A stretch of 53,876 nt of DNA, filler included, from Mitosporidium daphniae (taxonomy: Eukaryota), in the NCBI RefSeq assembly GCF_000760515.2. It is 2 parts of 2 records of this genome, joined end to end, with 100 filler letters (N's around TTAATTAATTAA, not from the genome) between each part and the next. Parts side by side here need not be neighbours in the genome. Positions count along the whole stretch, not along the records: positions 27,140 to 53,876 come from NW_013546158.1; 1 more part is not named here. One strand, written 5' to 3'. This document shows, in pieces, positions 40,146-50,841 of this stretch (within the stretch, counting starts at the first letter, position 1; every line of letters begins with the position of its first letter). A program made the translations under genes and the position numbers. The notes beneath the pieces are model-generated. The model made no database searches. It had not been told where the DNA came from and was given only the letters and a program-made list of their open reading frames with translations.

Positions 40146-41223
40146 TTATTGCTTGCATGCCCGTCTGGCCTTGAGGCGACGGATTATAAACATTGGGACT
40201 GGAAGAACCACAGACGACAATATGGGCAAGTATATGGAAAGATACATCAAATCCGGCTGTGGTCGATCATTCAGCAGCTCCTTCTGTGCTAGCTCTTTTG
40301 TGTCAATCAATAATTGGCAGTAGTCGGCTAGCTCCATATCATCGGACAGTTTGGAATGGATCTAGAGCCGTTGGAATGGGGAGACTTACCTGTTCATGTG
40401 CAGCGGCGGAAAGCCTATGATGTTCCAATGTCCTACCAATAGCCACCTGAAAAAGCGATTTAACAAGAAAAGACGGCACAAAATCAGAAATGCCCGAACT
40501 TTGGCTGTGATAGTCGATGATTCCAAACCCATCGACAACCTTAGTAGAAGGTTTGAAATGGGCATCATCAACAAACACATAGTGCAACGTATCGGAGGTG
40601 CTGTGTGTCCTCCCGGTTTTTTCGACAATCAGTGGAATGAGCTCGTTGATAAGTGCTGGCCTGTTGGTCCAATTCAAGCACAGAGTGTAAACTTGGAAAT
40701 TGTCTCCCCAAATATGGGAGAGAATGGGTCGCTTGCTTTCAACAAACTCGGACAATTGCTTTGAAAAGACACTGTAGGAAATGGACGGCGAAGCAGAAGA
40801 AGACACATAAATGGCCACCAAATCTAGCGTGTTGAATCCCCTAGCTGGTACCAAATGACTAACCGGTTTTTCGGCCTTTTTTAGTTGTTCATAAATAAAT
40901 TCGGGGTTTGTAGATAAGTGCGCTGGGTCAATCAAAGAAGATTGTATGATATGCCAAGATGTGAAAGCAAAAATAAAAATCTGCACCACTGCGATGATTG
41001 AGAAAAACTTTAAAACCAAGCCTCTCAGTTGGGGATCTTCAATTAGAAACGAACCAAAGTTACCTAAAAGAAAGCTTTCCTCAGCATTGCTGGCTGTATT
41101 TGATGAATTATCGTGCAATTCGACATTCCCGCTGTGAACTTCAGTATCTTCGTCTTTGTTGTGATGGGAGTGCACACCATCACGATGAAGCTGGCGAGTA
41201 CACGCAACATCGGGAGCTTCCAT
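40146..41223 (-). CDS. Two-TM membrane protein, possibly divergent PIG-S/Gpi17
   Basis: N-terminal TM (FFSIIAVVQIFIFAFTSW), large loop, C-terminal TM MYLSIYLPILSSVVLPV reminiscent of PIG-S IYxPL. Intron at 40362-40389. Confidence 0.45.
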
Positions 41224-41249
41224 AAAAATTTTGTACACAGAAAGCAAAT

Positions 41250-41933
41250 TTAATTATCGCCCACCTCGCCAATGGATTTTAAAAAAGCCTCGTATTCCAA
41301 ATCTATGTCGTCTTTGGATGGGGCATTTTTCTTTTGCACAGCCGCCGATGGGATAAGGGATGGCGTTTCGGCTTTAAGAGAAGGGCGCGACTCGGACACC
41401 ACGCCAGAGGCAATTTTCGACGAAATATATGGTTTGGGCACCGGATGCTGATTTTGCTCCAACGTGGGTGGATGTTCCATTCCAAAGGGTCTGCGGATGG
41501 CTGCGGACGGTTCCTCGATTATGGGCGCCGGCTCTCCGCCAGCAATGCTACCATCCTTGGTAGGATTGCTTTCGACAGGCTCGTCGCCAATTCGGATCGG
41601 GTTGCATTTGACTGGAGCGAGCCCTTTTGTTTCTCGTTTCTGATTGTACACCACCAATTGGCCAGCCAAACGCTTCTTCTTCTCTTTTAGGGCCGAAGAT
41701 AAGCCCTCTGCTGATATTAGTTTCTCTAGTTCATACACAAAGTTTGGGATGGCATCGCCGGATTTTCTCGATTTCGCGTGCTTCTTTTTTAGTGGCACCT
41801 CAGCATCGCCAGTTCTATCACTTATCTACAATTGAGAATGCCATTTGGATACCTTTTTTTGTAGTGCCCTTTGTTTCTGCTTTTTCCAGTACACACCCAT
41901 CGGTGTTTTCCCGAGCTTGTCCCCCTTGGCCAT
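41250..41933 (-). CDS. WBP11: WBP11-like splicing factor
   Basis: Basic N-terminus (TPMGVYWKKQKQRALQKK), Pro-rich middle, C-terminal DDIDLEYEAFLKSI like WBP11 DDxYEAFMKE. Intron at 41826-41852. Confidence 0.6.
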
Positions 41934-41996
41934 AAATTAATTTGTAATTGTGGAAAATAAAATTTATTCGAACCAACCAGGTGCCGTGCATGCTGT

Positions 41997-42961
41997 TTAA
42001 AAGTTTTCAATTGAAAGTGAGCCGGCAGCATAGGAAACCGAGGATTCATCCATGTCAGTTACTTTTGAAGACTGGGCGTATTTGACCCATTCGAGCCGGG
42101 CGCCGCATGCGTCCCGTAAAAAGCACCCCAAAAACATGAGCAGCCCCAAAGGATCTTTTCCGCAAATCGTGTTTCCGTATCTTTGCAAGTACGCATGCCA
42201 TTCTTGAAGGCAAAATTTCTGCAGCACCTGCATCGCCTTTGTATCGAGTTCCTCTATTTGCATGTAAATGGGATCGCAACACCTAGGAGCTAGATAGCAG
42301 TACTGGAATCTTGTTCCCCAATGGCAAAAGTCGGAAGAGAACACAAACACGGTGGAGCTGGAGTGGCGCCATATTTTCTCGACCACAGCCCCATGGCTCC
42401 CATCATCTTTGCTAACATAAATGGGAAGGATTGGTATTGTTGAATGCCGCATCAAATACGAAATGAAGGGAAACATCATTTCTATCGAATGTTCGGCCTT
42501 GTCTTCGTTGATCGGCAACACGGGCAGCTTGAGAAGGCTCGCCAGGTCTGTGTCTACATACAAATTTCCAAGTGGCGATTGTTGCACTTTGTATTTGCTT
42601 GTCCATAGGGTAGCCTTCTCGCTGCGGAACTGATGCAATGGGCCAACAAGCACGATTGTGGAAATCCTACCGAATCAAAATATCCTTTTACTGGCCTCGA
42701 AATCTCCACTTATCATCGTGTGTTTTTTCGCAAAGCTGTTTAAAGGCCGCTGCGGCAATTGCGCCGCTGTAACGGATCCCTGCATGCGGCGCCACTATTG
42801 CAACGACCGATCTGCCATTTTGGGGGATCAATTCGGCATTCTTGAACAAGATTTCCATGTCACTTCTGAGTTGGTGCTCTAAATGCGTCAAAATTCAATA
42901 AGCAGGAACCATCGCTGGAATACCAAGAGCCGGCATGGGTGGCAGGCCTGACAGATGTCAT
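41997..42961 (-). CDS. MEMO1: MEMO1 family protein
   Basis: VRPATHAGSWYS, APHAGIRYSG, GPLH, EHSIEMMFP, SSDFCHWG.RF, NTICG, SSVSYAAG. Confidence 0.92.
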
Positions 42962-43031
42962 GAGACTGTTCCAAACGAAACTTTAATTTTTCGGAATTAA
43001 TAAACTCGGTTTTTTAAAACTTTGCCCGCAT

Positions 43032-44711
43032 ATGCTGCTCGACGACCAGCACATATGCGAAGCGTTTCGGGCTGTCGTTCGCAAATCGAGCGTCTTTGAG
43101 TTAAAGTTGTTGTTTGATTTGACACCAACCCATTATTTTGGAGTTGAGCTTTTGTCCGAAGTTTTGGAAAAGTTGCTTTTCAACATGGAGTCGACCGACC
43201 ATCAAGTCCAACATGTGATGCCAATTGTTTTCTCCATCATATTTCGAATGGAGTACTGCAGATTGGTGTTTAAACTTCCGCTTTCAACCCTTTTAGAACG
43301 GATATTTTGTTTGTATCCAAAATTTAAAGGCAACAGCCAATTTTTGAGTGTTTTTAGGATCCTTTTTTCGTCGTATGTGCAGTTTTTGGAGAAGAGAAAG
43401 GACCATCTCGAAGGCCACGCCATCAATCGCATTTTAGAGTCGATTGTACCGGTTGAAGACTTTATGCCCATTGCTGACGCTATAATTTCGTCGTTAGCCT
43501 CGACGCGAGGCCCCATATCCCGCTCTCCAGCCGTTGTGAATGCTCTCTCTTTGATAGTCGATTGCTTCTGCCGTAACCCGTGCCGATTTATCGAAAACAA
43601 GCAGCTACTTTATTTGTGCATCGATCTTTTGCCAAGTAATTGTGCCGATATTTGTAGGCTATTTTGGGCTTTCCAGCAGCAGTTGGGATGTGTTTCTTTG
43701 GGCGCCTTTGAATTCCTACCGATGTATGTGAAAGTCTTAATCTTGAAAGGGGAACCCTTCATGATATCACCGGATTTATTGAGAGAACTGTTCAAGCTGC
43801 CCAGCACCAAATACGAGCCCTCTCTATTGCTAGATGTCTTCAATGCAGTGCCAACTTTATTTAAGCAATCGGTTCTGGAGCTTTTTGGAAAAAATCCTAA
43901 ACAAATTGGAAGCATATTGAATGCACTCTCGTGCGCATCTTGTGGTACAAAAGATGGAAGAGCCAATCAATCAAATGCTTCTTTAATTGATCTCCTCTGC
44001 CATGGATTATCGCTTTTATTTTCCACTCGTCCAGGAACCATAAATTACGACAGCGAAGAAAAAGCACAGATCTTTGCATTGTATTTGGACTCGCTTCTGT
44101 ATTCAGATGTGCTATTTTGGTCTGAGGAATCAAATATCGCCATTTCCGCACAGTTGCTTCTTATCATAGGAGCTTTGGACTCAATAAGTGTGCTTTCTGT
44201 TGAAAATTCAGAGGCTACGGCCATTCAAATGCTGATGCGCTGTTCTCGACTGTTGCATCTTTTAGTTAAAAGCCACTTTAATGCAGTTTTGAACGCCATC
44301 CCCCATTACGAGTTTGCTTTTTGCAGGCTGGTTTCGCATGTGATCGAGCTATTTTCTTCGCAAAACGAGCGGCAAGGGGAGCCCGATGCCATCAAGGGTG
44401 TCCTCTGTGTTATTTCAAAGATATTTTCAGAAATCAGAGCACACTCGGAAAGTAATTTCATGAAGTACATGATTCCGCTGTGCGTGTCGCTGCTAAAGAT
44501 CCTGATCAGAAAGGTCTCCGACTCTTCGAGCAGCAATTTGCTGCTCGTCCGCAACGTGGTTAGCGAAACCCTGTATGAACTGCTAAATTCGTTCACGGCG
44601 TTCGACAAAGAAGTGGTCTTTTCCCTTTTGTCCCCCGAAATTGAAAGGCCGTTTTTTAAAGACCTGTATTCACGGTTCAACAATGAATTCAAGTATCATG
44701 GGAAGGTTTAA
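43032..44711 (+). CDS. URB2: Urb2/Npa2-like nucleolar pre-60S factor (helical repeat)
   Basis: Helical 559-aa ORF ending LYELLNSF...RPFFKDLYSRFNNEFKYHGKV, the Urb2 C-terminal pattern. Confidence 0.62.
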   Translation: MLLDDQHICEAFRAVVRKSSVFELKLLFDLTPTHYFGVELLSEVLEKLLFNMESTDHQVQHVMPIVFSIIFRMEYCRLVFKLPLSTLLERIFCLYPKFKGNSQFLSVFRILFSSYVQFLEKRKDHLEGHAINRILESIVPVEDFMPIADAIISSLASTRGPISRSPAVVNALSLIVDCFCRNPCRFIENKQLLYLCIDLLPSNCADICRLFWAFQQQLGCVSLGAFEFLPMYVKVLILKGEPFMISPDLLRELFKLPSTKYEPSLLLDVFNAVPTLFKQSVLELFGKNPKQIGSILNALSCASCGTKDGRANQSNASLIDLLCHGLSLLFSTRPGTINYDSEEKAQIFALYLDSLLYSDVLFWSEESNIAISAQLLLIIGALDSISVLSVENSEATAIQMLMRCSRLLHLLVKSHFNAVLNAIPHYEFAFCRLVSHVIELFSSQNERQGEPDAIKGVLCVISKIFSEIRAHSESNFMKYMIPLCVSLLKILIRKVSDSSSSNLLLVRNVVSETLYELLNSFTAFDKEVVFSLLSPEIERPFFKDLYSRFNNEFKYHGKV

Positions 44712-44742
44712 GCTGGCCTTCGTTGGCGAAATAAAGTTTAAT

Positions 44743-46369
44743 TTAATAAGCACTGGCTTGGGGGTCCTTTTGGCGCTTCCATTTTTTGTCAGTCTGGTTG
44801 TTTTTGTAGGACGGCTGCTTCTTGCGATCCTTGGACGCCAAGGCGGCAACTAGCATTTAAAACAAAAGGCTTACCAATGTTAACGTTGGGCGGCACCGTA
44901 AAGCCAAACGAACGGCCCACTTTCAGCAAATCAAGAGTGTTGACGTTAAATATTTGTTTGAGCGAATGCGAGGCATATGCTTGCAGGTACGAGGCAAAGC
45001 CGTCTCTTGCAAGCCTGTTGAGATAGTAGTTTTTTTCAACAAGGCCCTCAAGTTGGACCTGAATATTTGCGATCTTTGCAGAGGATGGCAAGTCATATTC
45101 ATTTAGCGGGACTTTTGCCTCTTTCAGGAAGTGTAAAAACCCAACCTCCGAGGGGAGAAGGAAGAGAAGCGCCTTTCCAGACTTTCCGGCGCGGGCCGTT
45201 CGGCCGACCCGGTGAATGTATTCTTTCGGATCATCGGGCGGGTCATATTGGATGATCCAATCAACTTGGGGGATGTCCAAGCCCCTCGCAGCAACGTCTG
45301 TCGAAAGCAGGATCCCCGTGTCCTTGTTGATGAATTCGAAAAACGTCGAGGTTCTCTTTGACTGTTTCTGCTTTCCGTGCAAATCCAACACAGGGATGTC
45401 AATGTAATTCAACAGGTCCGAATAAAACTTTACCGCGTTGCAAGACGAAAAAAACACCATGATTTTTTTCTTGTTCAGGTACTTTTTAAGGAATGTAAAC
45501 AGGAGAAGGAATCGCTGGTCAGAGTCGATCACAACATAGCCCTGTTCGAGCGTAGAGTTGGTAGACACGCTTTCCTGGGCATGCACATTTACATAAAGAG
45601 GCGCACTGTTGAAAGAAATCCTGACAAGGTCGTCCACTTTCGTTGTCTGCGTGGCGCTAAACAGCAGTGTTTGACGTTCCTTGGGAAGGATCGACAGGAT
45701 GCGCTTCATTTCGTCCTCAAACCCAACCTCCAAAATCCGATCTGCTTCATCAATAATTAGCATCTGCGTATTGGAAAAGACAAACCCTTTGGTATTTTGC
45801 AGATGATCGAGCAATCGTCCTGGCGTGGCTATCAACAAATTGACGCCTTTTGAGAGCTTTTCAGCCTCGGCTCGCCTATTGGCGCCCCCAATGACCAGGC
45901 CAAAGGTGTGAGAGTGGTGGGCAAATATTGTCTTTGCAACCCCTAAAATTTGAAGGGCAAGTTCTCTTGTCGGGCTGATGATGATTGCTCCGGTGCCATT
46001 TCTAGGCCGAAATTTGACCTTGTAAAGGAGCTCGACAGCGGGAATCAAAAATGCCAGCGTTTTTCCGGACCCGGTTTTAGCGGCTGCAAGCAGATTTGTG
46101 CCAGTAAGGGCAGGTGGAATGCATCGTGCCTGAATTTCAGTCATGTTGTCAAACCCGAGCTCCTTGATACCCTTTAGAGTTGGCTCAGAGAGCGTTTCGA
46201 TTTTATCGAAAGCGTAGTTGTGGACCTTGGCACCAGACAGATCGGCCTCGTTGATTGGGGAAAATGAATCTTTTTTTTCTTCGATCACATTATTGCGCGA
46301 AGAAAGATTTTCCATCGTGTGTTTTTCCTCCTCTTCATGAGGATGGGCGGAGGATTTTCTTTTTCGCAT
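44743..46369 (-). CDS. HAS1: DEAD-box RNA helicase Has1/DDX18
   Basis: [78 protein letters not shown]. 3' intron at 44850-44874. Confidence 0.96.
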
Positions 46370-46402
46370 TACGAAACCAAATAAAAATGCAAATTAAATT
46401 TT

Positions 46403-47598
46403 ATGGCTAAAAATTCGGCATTGCTAGTAGGTCGACCGCCACCACCATCATTTTCAATGTAGGTCTCCACTTCCCGGTTCTGGTTTAACTACAGACATGC
46501 GGCAAATGTGCTTTCAGTATACTATATTTTGAAAAAATTTGGGTATTCCGACGATAGGATTCTTCTGATGTTGTCAGACGATATCCCGTGCAACTCGAGA
46601 AACAAAGAGCCGGGGTGTGTGTATAACCATTACAACCGAAACGCCGATCTATTTGACGATGCGCCTGAGGTCGATTATAGCGGGGACCAGGTGACGCTTG
46701 ATTCGTTCCTCTCTGTGCTCAAAGGTGCGATTTCCGCTTTTACCGGGCAAACTAGATAGCTTTGATACGAACACCCCGCTTTCCAAAAGATTGGTAGCAG
46801 ATGAGAATACGGACTTGCTAATTTATTTGACCGGTACGCCATCGAAATAATGCAATAGGCCACGGCGGTGAGGGGTTTTTGAAGTTCCAAGATTCCCACG
46901 AAATTACGGCTAACGAGCTTGCAGATGCCATTCTGCACATGTACACCAATAGGAGATTTAAGTCCGTACTGCTGATCATCGATACATGCCAGGCCGAATC
47001 GATGACTCGGCTGATATCGGCTCCCCAAGTGATCAGCATCACCAGCAGCAAAATCGGCGAGTCCTCATACTCGGTACATCATATGCGGGGTAACCCCAAT
47101 TTAGCACCATGTTGACAGCCTGCTGGGTGTTCCGGTGATCGATCGATTTACCAACCATTTGCATTCGTATCTTTTGAAGTACGTCAAGAACCCCGCATCC
47201 TCGCCCTCGCTGCACGATTTTGTGGCGTCTTGGGATGGGGTTGAGTTCCATTCAACGCCCACAATTATGCTCTCCGATGAGAACATTGACATTGAAAAGG
47301 TGTCTTAAATGGCGTTTAACGGTAGGTTGCCATGTCGACGTTTTTTGTTCCCCAAAAGACCAGTTTGAGAAACGTCAAATTTGAAAAGTTCACAAGTGCG
47401 TCTCGATTTAATCCGATCGCCGCATATTCATACAGGCCTCTCGTTTGTGGACAGATTTCGGAAAGGCCATCGATCTCGTTTGTGCTTCAGGATCAAGATT
47501 TTTCCATGCTCTACTTTGCGTTTATCCAGCTGTTGGTGGCGATCATCACCATCGGGGCCGTGTGTGTTTTCGCATACTCAAAACATATTAAAAAATAG
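46403..47598 (+). CDS. GPI8: GPI transamidase catalytic subunit Gpi8/PIG-K (C13 family)
   Basis: VSTSRFWFNYRHAANVLS, YLTGHGGEGFLKFQDS (catalytic His), DTCQA (catalytic Cys), C-terminal TM. Introns at 46427-46462, 46725-46755, 46834-46858, 47074-47104, 47300-47325. Confidence 0.93.
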
Positions 47599-47644
47599 AG
47601 AATTAATCGGAGCGGCTGCGTATTATTTTTACACACTTGGCCTT

Positions 47645-48461
47645 ATGATTTCAGCATTAAACTACATGATCTCCGTGGTCATTGCCATAGGCCCTGTGCT
47701 TACCTATTATCCCCAGATTTTAACGCTGACAAGGCGGCGGAGCGTGGGGAGCTTTTCCCCCGGCGTTTCTTTCATCCTGGTCGCCTCTAGCATGTTGCGA
47801 ATATTCTTCTGGTACGCCCGTGGATCCATGACTTTGATAGGTTTTACAAGCGGTTTCAAATATCCCTGCTGATTCAAAGCATTTTGCTCATCATCCTTCA
47901 CATAGCCATCTTGACGATAATTGTTTTCTTCACAGACTATTTCAATAGCAAGGTATCAAATTCCGATGGCAGCGATCCTCTGGTTTCGAAAGGCCAAATC
48001 GAAAATAGGGCATTTCGCGACTGCAAAAGGTATCCCAAGTTCCACCACTTTATTTACATCATTTTGGCCCTTTTTGTTGTGGCCCTTGTAATAGTGCTGT
48101 TTGATTGCAATGGGTGTCCCATGTGTTGCTCCACAGATTCGGCCTCTTCCAAGACCGCTTCAATTTACAGACTATGGCCCGAGTTTCTTGGCATCTTGGC
48201 ACTCTTCATTGAGGCCATGCTTCCAATTCCTCAACTCTATGCAATAATCCAGCAGAAAAGCACGGAAAACCTCAGGTATGTGCATGTGATCACCACCTTA
48301 GTTTGGTTTTAATTCTTGGGTGGTTTTTTGGCGACTTTTTGAAGCTGATTTATTTCCATATAAACACGACGCCGTGGCAGTTCATAGCTTGCGGGATATT
48401 TCAGTTGAGTCTGGATCTGATCATATTGCTTCAATTTGTCAGGTATAAGGATCCGCTTTAA
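47645..48461 (+). CDS. PQ-loop membrane protein (PQLC1/Any1-like)
   Basis: YYPQI...GSFSP.VS.ILVASS.LRIFFW and EAMLPIPQLY...S...LGWFFGDFLKL...PWQF. Introns at 47812-47840 and 48276-48301. Confidence 0.85.
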
Positions 48462-48533
48462 AATCTCATTTTGGAATATACGTCTTTCATCATCGCAAAA
48501 AGAGAGTCAAGGGACAGCTCCACATCCTCTACA

Positions 48534-49229
48534 TCAAATAAACTCAATTAAATGTTGCCTGCTTTCGACTTGAGGGCGCCGGTCATGGCGACTTTGTGCG
48601 AAAGCTCGCTCACATATGCGTCTTGTAGCGTCGACATCTGGTCGGAGATCTTTTGCACCAGTAGATCGAGCGAATCGTATAATTGCGCTATGGTTTCTAA
48701 ACGGGTTAGCCAAAAGCGGAGCCGTACTTTTAATCTTTAAATTAATTTGGAAGAACTCTGAAGAGTACGTTTCTAGAAGCTTATCGCCAGAATGGGCCAC
48801 AGGCGCTGAAGAAGCCAGCTCAATTAGGTCCAAGTTTGGCGAGTTTGCTATCAAAAGATCCAAACTTGCATCGGTTTTGCAGCGAAAGTCGTCCACCTCA
48901 TCAGTGTGTGCACTGGCCTCTTGATCTTTACAAAAAAGATCCAAGGTGGCGCTCTTATTGGCAGGTGTGCTGTATTCCTCGTAGTTGGCGGCGCAGATCC
49001 TTGTGCTAAACGGAGTGCAAAAAATTTCTTCTTTCATCGGATGCATGGCAATAGGCTTTGCGGTGTCTGGATCATCGCAGCCACCCTGATTTGGGCTTTG
49101 TCGTTTAGCCGGCGCCGGTTTGATCTCTTCCGCAGGTTTGCGCTTTTTGGATGCCACTGGAAGAGAGCTGAGGATGGCATTGCCTTTCCTAAATCCAAAC
49201 ATTAAAAAAGAAGACATGAAGTGCATCAA
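48534..49229 (-). CDS. Hypothetical protein
   Basis: 231-aa ORF filling the space between neighbours, with NLS-like KKRKP. 3' end may be spliced. Confidence 0.5.
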   Translation of the reverse strand: MMHFMSSFLMFGFRKGNAILSSLPVASKKRKPAEEIKPAPAKRQSPNQGGCDDPDTAKPIAMHPMKEEIFCTPFSTRICAANYEEYSTPANKSATLDLFCKDQEASAHTDEVDDFRCKTDASLDLLIANSPNLDLIELASSAPVAHSGDKLLETYSSEFFQINLKIKSTAPLLANPFRNHSAIIRFARSTGAKDLRPDVDATRRICERAFAQSRHDRRPQVESRQHLIEFI

Positions 49230-49337
49230 TAATGTGCATGCATCAACTTATGCTGCATCATCCATTGATTGCCTGGAAATACGTGTGTAATTTGACAAAT
49301 TTTAATTTTTCCCATTTCCAATTTTTAATTCTTAAAA

Positions 49338-49928
49338 ATGAAAAAAAGAATTCAAAAGCGCCGTCAGAAAGCGCCCACAACAAAAGTAACCCAAAGGCAG
49401 CGAAGAACGGTAAAGGTTGCACCAAAGATTACCGGGATCGATCCATCTTCAATTTGGAACAACGATAAAACAAACTCTGAAAACTACTCCACGCTTGGGA
49501 TAATTTCCTCGCTCAACAAGCCTCTACATAATAAGCCGATCAAATATCAGCTCAGCGGAATTGAGAATATGCTGTTTCCATCAAAACCGACCAGGGAGTC
49601 CGAAATATTCGATTCAAATGAGGTAGAATCGGGTGCAATTGCGATAAAGTCATTTTTCTTGCAATCGTTTGGAGCCCTGCAAAAGGAGCCACCAAGCGAA
49701 CAATCTCTTCTTTTTAACAAGCTTCCAAAGACGGATGTTGAAAAAGAAGCACAGAAAAAAAAGAAGCTTTCAACGTCCATGTGCGCGTATTTAGAAAAGC
49801 TCATCAAACTCCATGGAAGCTCTGAATCGGGCCTGAAGGCCATGCAAAACGACATTGAAAATAACCACCAGCAATTCACTGCGCCAAAGCTGGGCTCTCT
49901 ATTGAGGCTCTATTCACAAAGTACATAA
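49338..49928 (+). CDS. NOP16: Nop16-like ribosome biogenesis protein
   Basis: Basic N-terminus, WNNDKTNSENYSTLGI, LEKLIKLHG....KAMQNDIENNHQQFT. Confidence 0.78.
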   Translation: MKKRIQKRRQKAPTTKVTQRQRRTVKVAPKITGIDPSSIWNNDKTNSENYSTLGIISSLNKPLHNKPIKYQLSGIENMLFPSKPTRESEIFDSNEVESGAIAIKSFFLQSFGALQKEPPSEQSLLFNKLPKTDVEKEAQKKKKLSTSMCAYLEKLIKLHGSSESGLKAMQNDIENNHQQFTAPKLGSLLRLYSQST

Positions 49929-49939
49929 ACTTTTAATTT

Positions 49940-50718
49940 TCATAATTTGTGCAGAAATGTCATAACGTCATTCTCCTCATGAGGGGAAATCGAATGGCCT
50001 AGCCCCTTGTACTCTTTGAACTCAACTGACCGGAAAAAGCTGGAGATTCTACGCGAGCTAACATGGGCCCATTAGATAGGAATAAGAAAATCGGCAGTTC
50101 CATGTCCCCAAAACACAGGGACATCAAGACGTATCTGGGGAGACTCCGAATTCATCGCCGCCGGTGAAAAATCGCTCTTTGCAAACGGTAAATAGGACGA
50201 AAGGATAATCAAAGCAGACGGTTTTATGTGGCTCTTCAAAGATGCATACAGGGAAACCGCACCTCCCTGGGAAAACCCGCCAACAACAAGTTGATTAGAC
50301 GGGAATCTCTTGGAAAGTGTCTCAATTAAAGATGCAATCGCAATAGACGAGGATTCAAATCCCTTTCTATCTTCAATAGGCTCTACAGGATCCAAATGGA
50401 CAATGTCATACCACGAGGGCATCCTCATGCCCCCATTTAGGGTTACCGGCTGAATTGGGCTATGGCATTAAAAAGGGAACCCCATTACGCATCTGGAAAT
50501 ATAAAGAGAGTATCCGGATGTTCTTTATGGTAATGCTCGAAAAACGGAGCCCAGCTGCTTCCCGTGTCACCAAGGCCGTGCATAAATACCACCATCTGCC
50601 TAAAGGAGCGGGCAGAGGGCAGCTCGGATAACTTTGGTATCGAGGCATAAGAGAGACCCATACGCAAAATTGAAAAAAAAATTCCAATTAAAATCGCCAT
50701 CATGCTTCTTGGGTGCAT
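49940..50718 (-). CDS. Acyl-protein thioesterase 1 (LYPLA/APT1) with an in-frame TAA
   Basis: FMHGLGDTG, MRMPSWYDI, GGFSQGGA, HGTAD and YKGLGHS. Intron at 50460-50488. TAA at 50072-50074 lies upstream of the catalytic His. Confidence 0.85.
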
Positions 50719-50841
50719 GATAATATGTATGGCGTTAGGGTTGGGCCTCGGGTGAATTTTAATTAAATTTGGGGCGGTAGCTCAAGCCTCAAGCTTCGGC
50801 TTCGATTGGGTTGCAATCTCAATTTGATTTAATAAAAACTC

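Noticed and set aside
50771..50790. tRNA gene starting GGGGCGGTAGCTCAAG
   Set aside because: No anticodon arm, no GTTCRA T-loop and no acceptor-stem complement.
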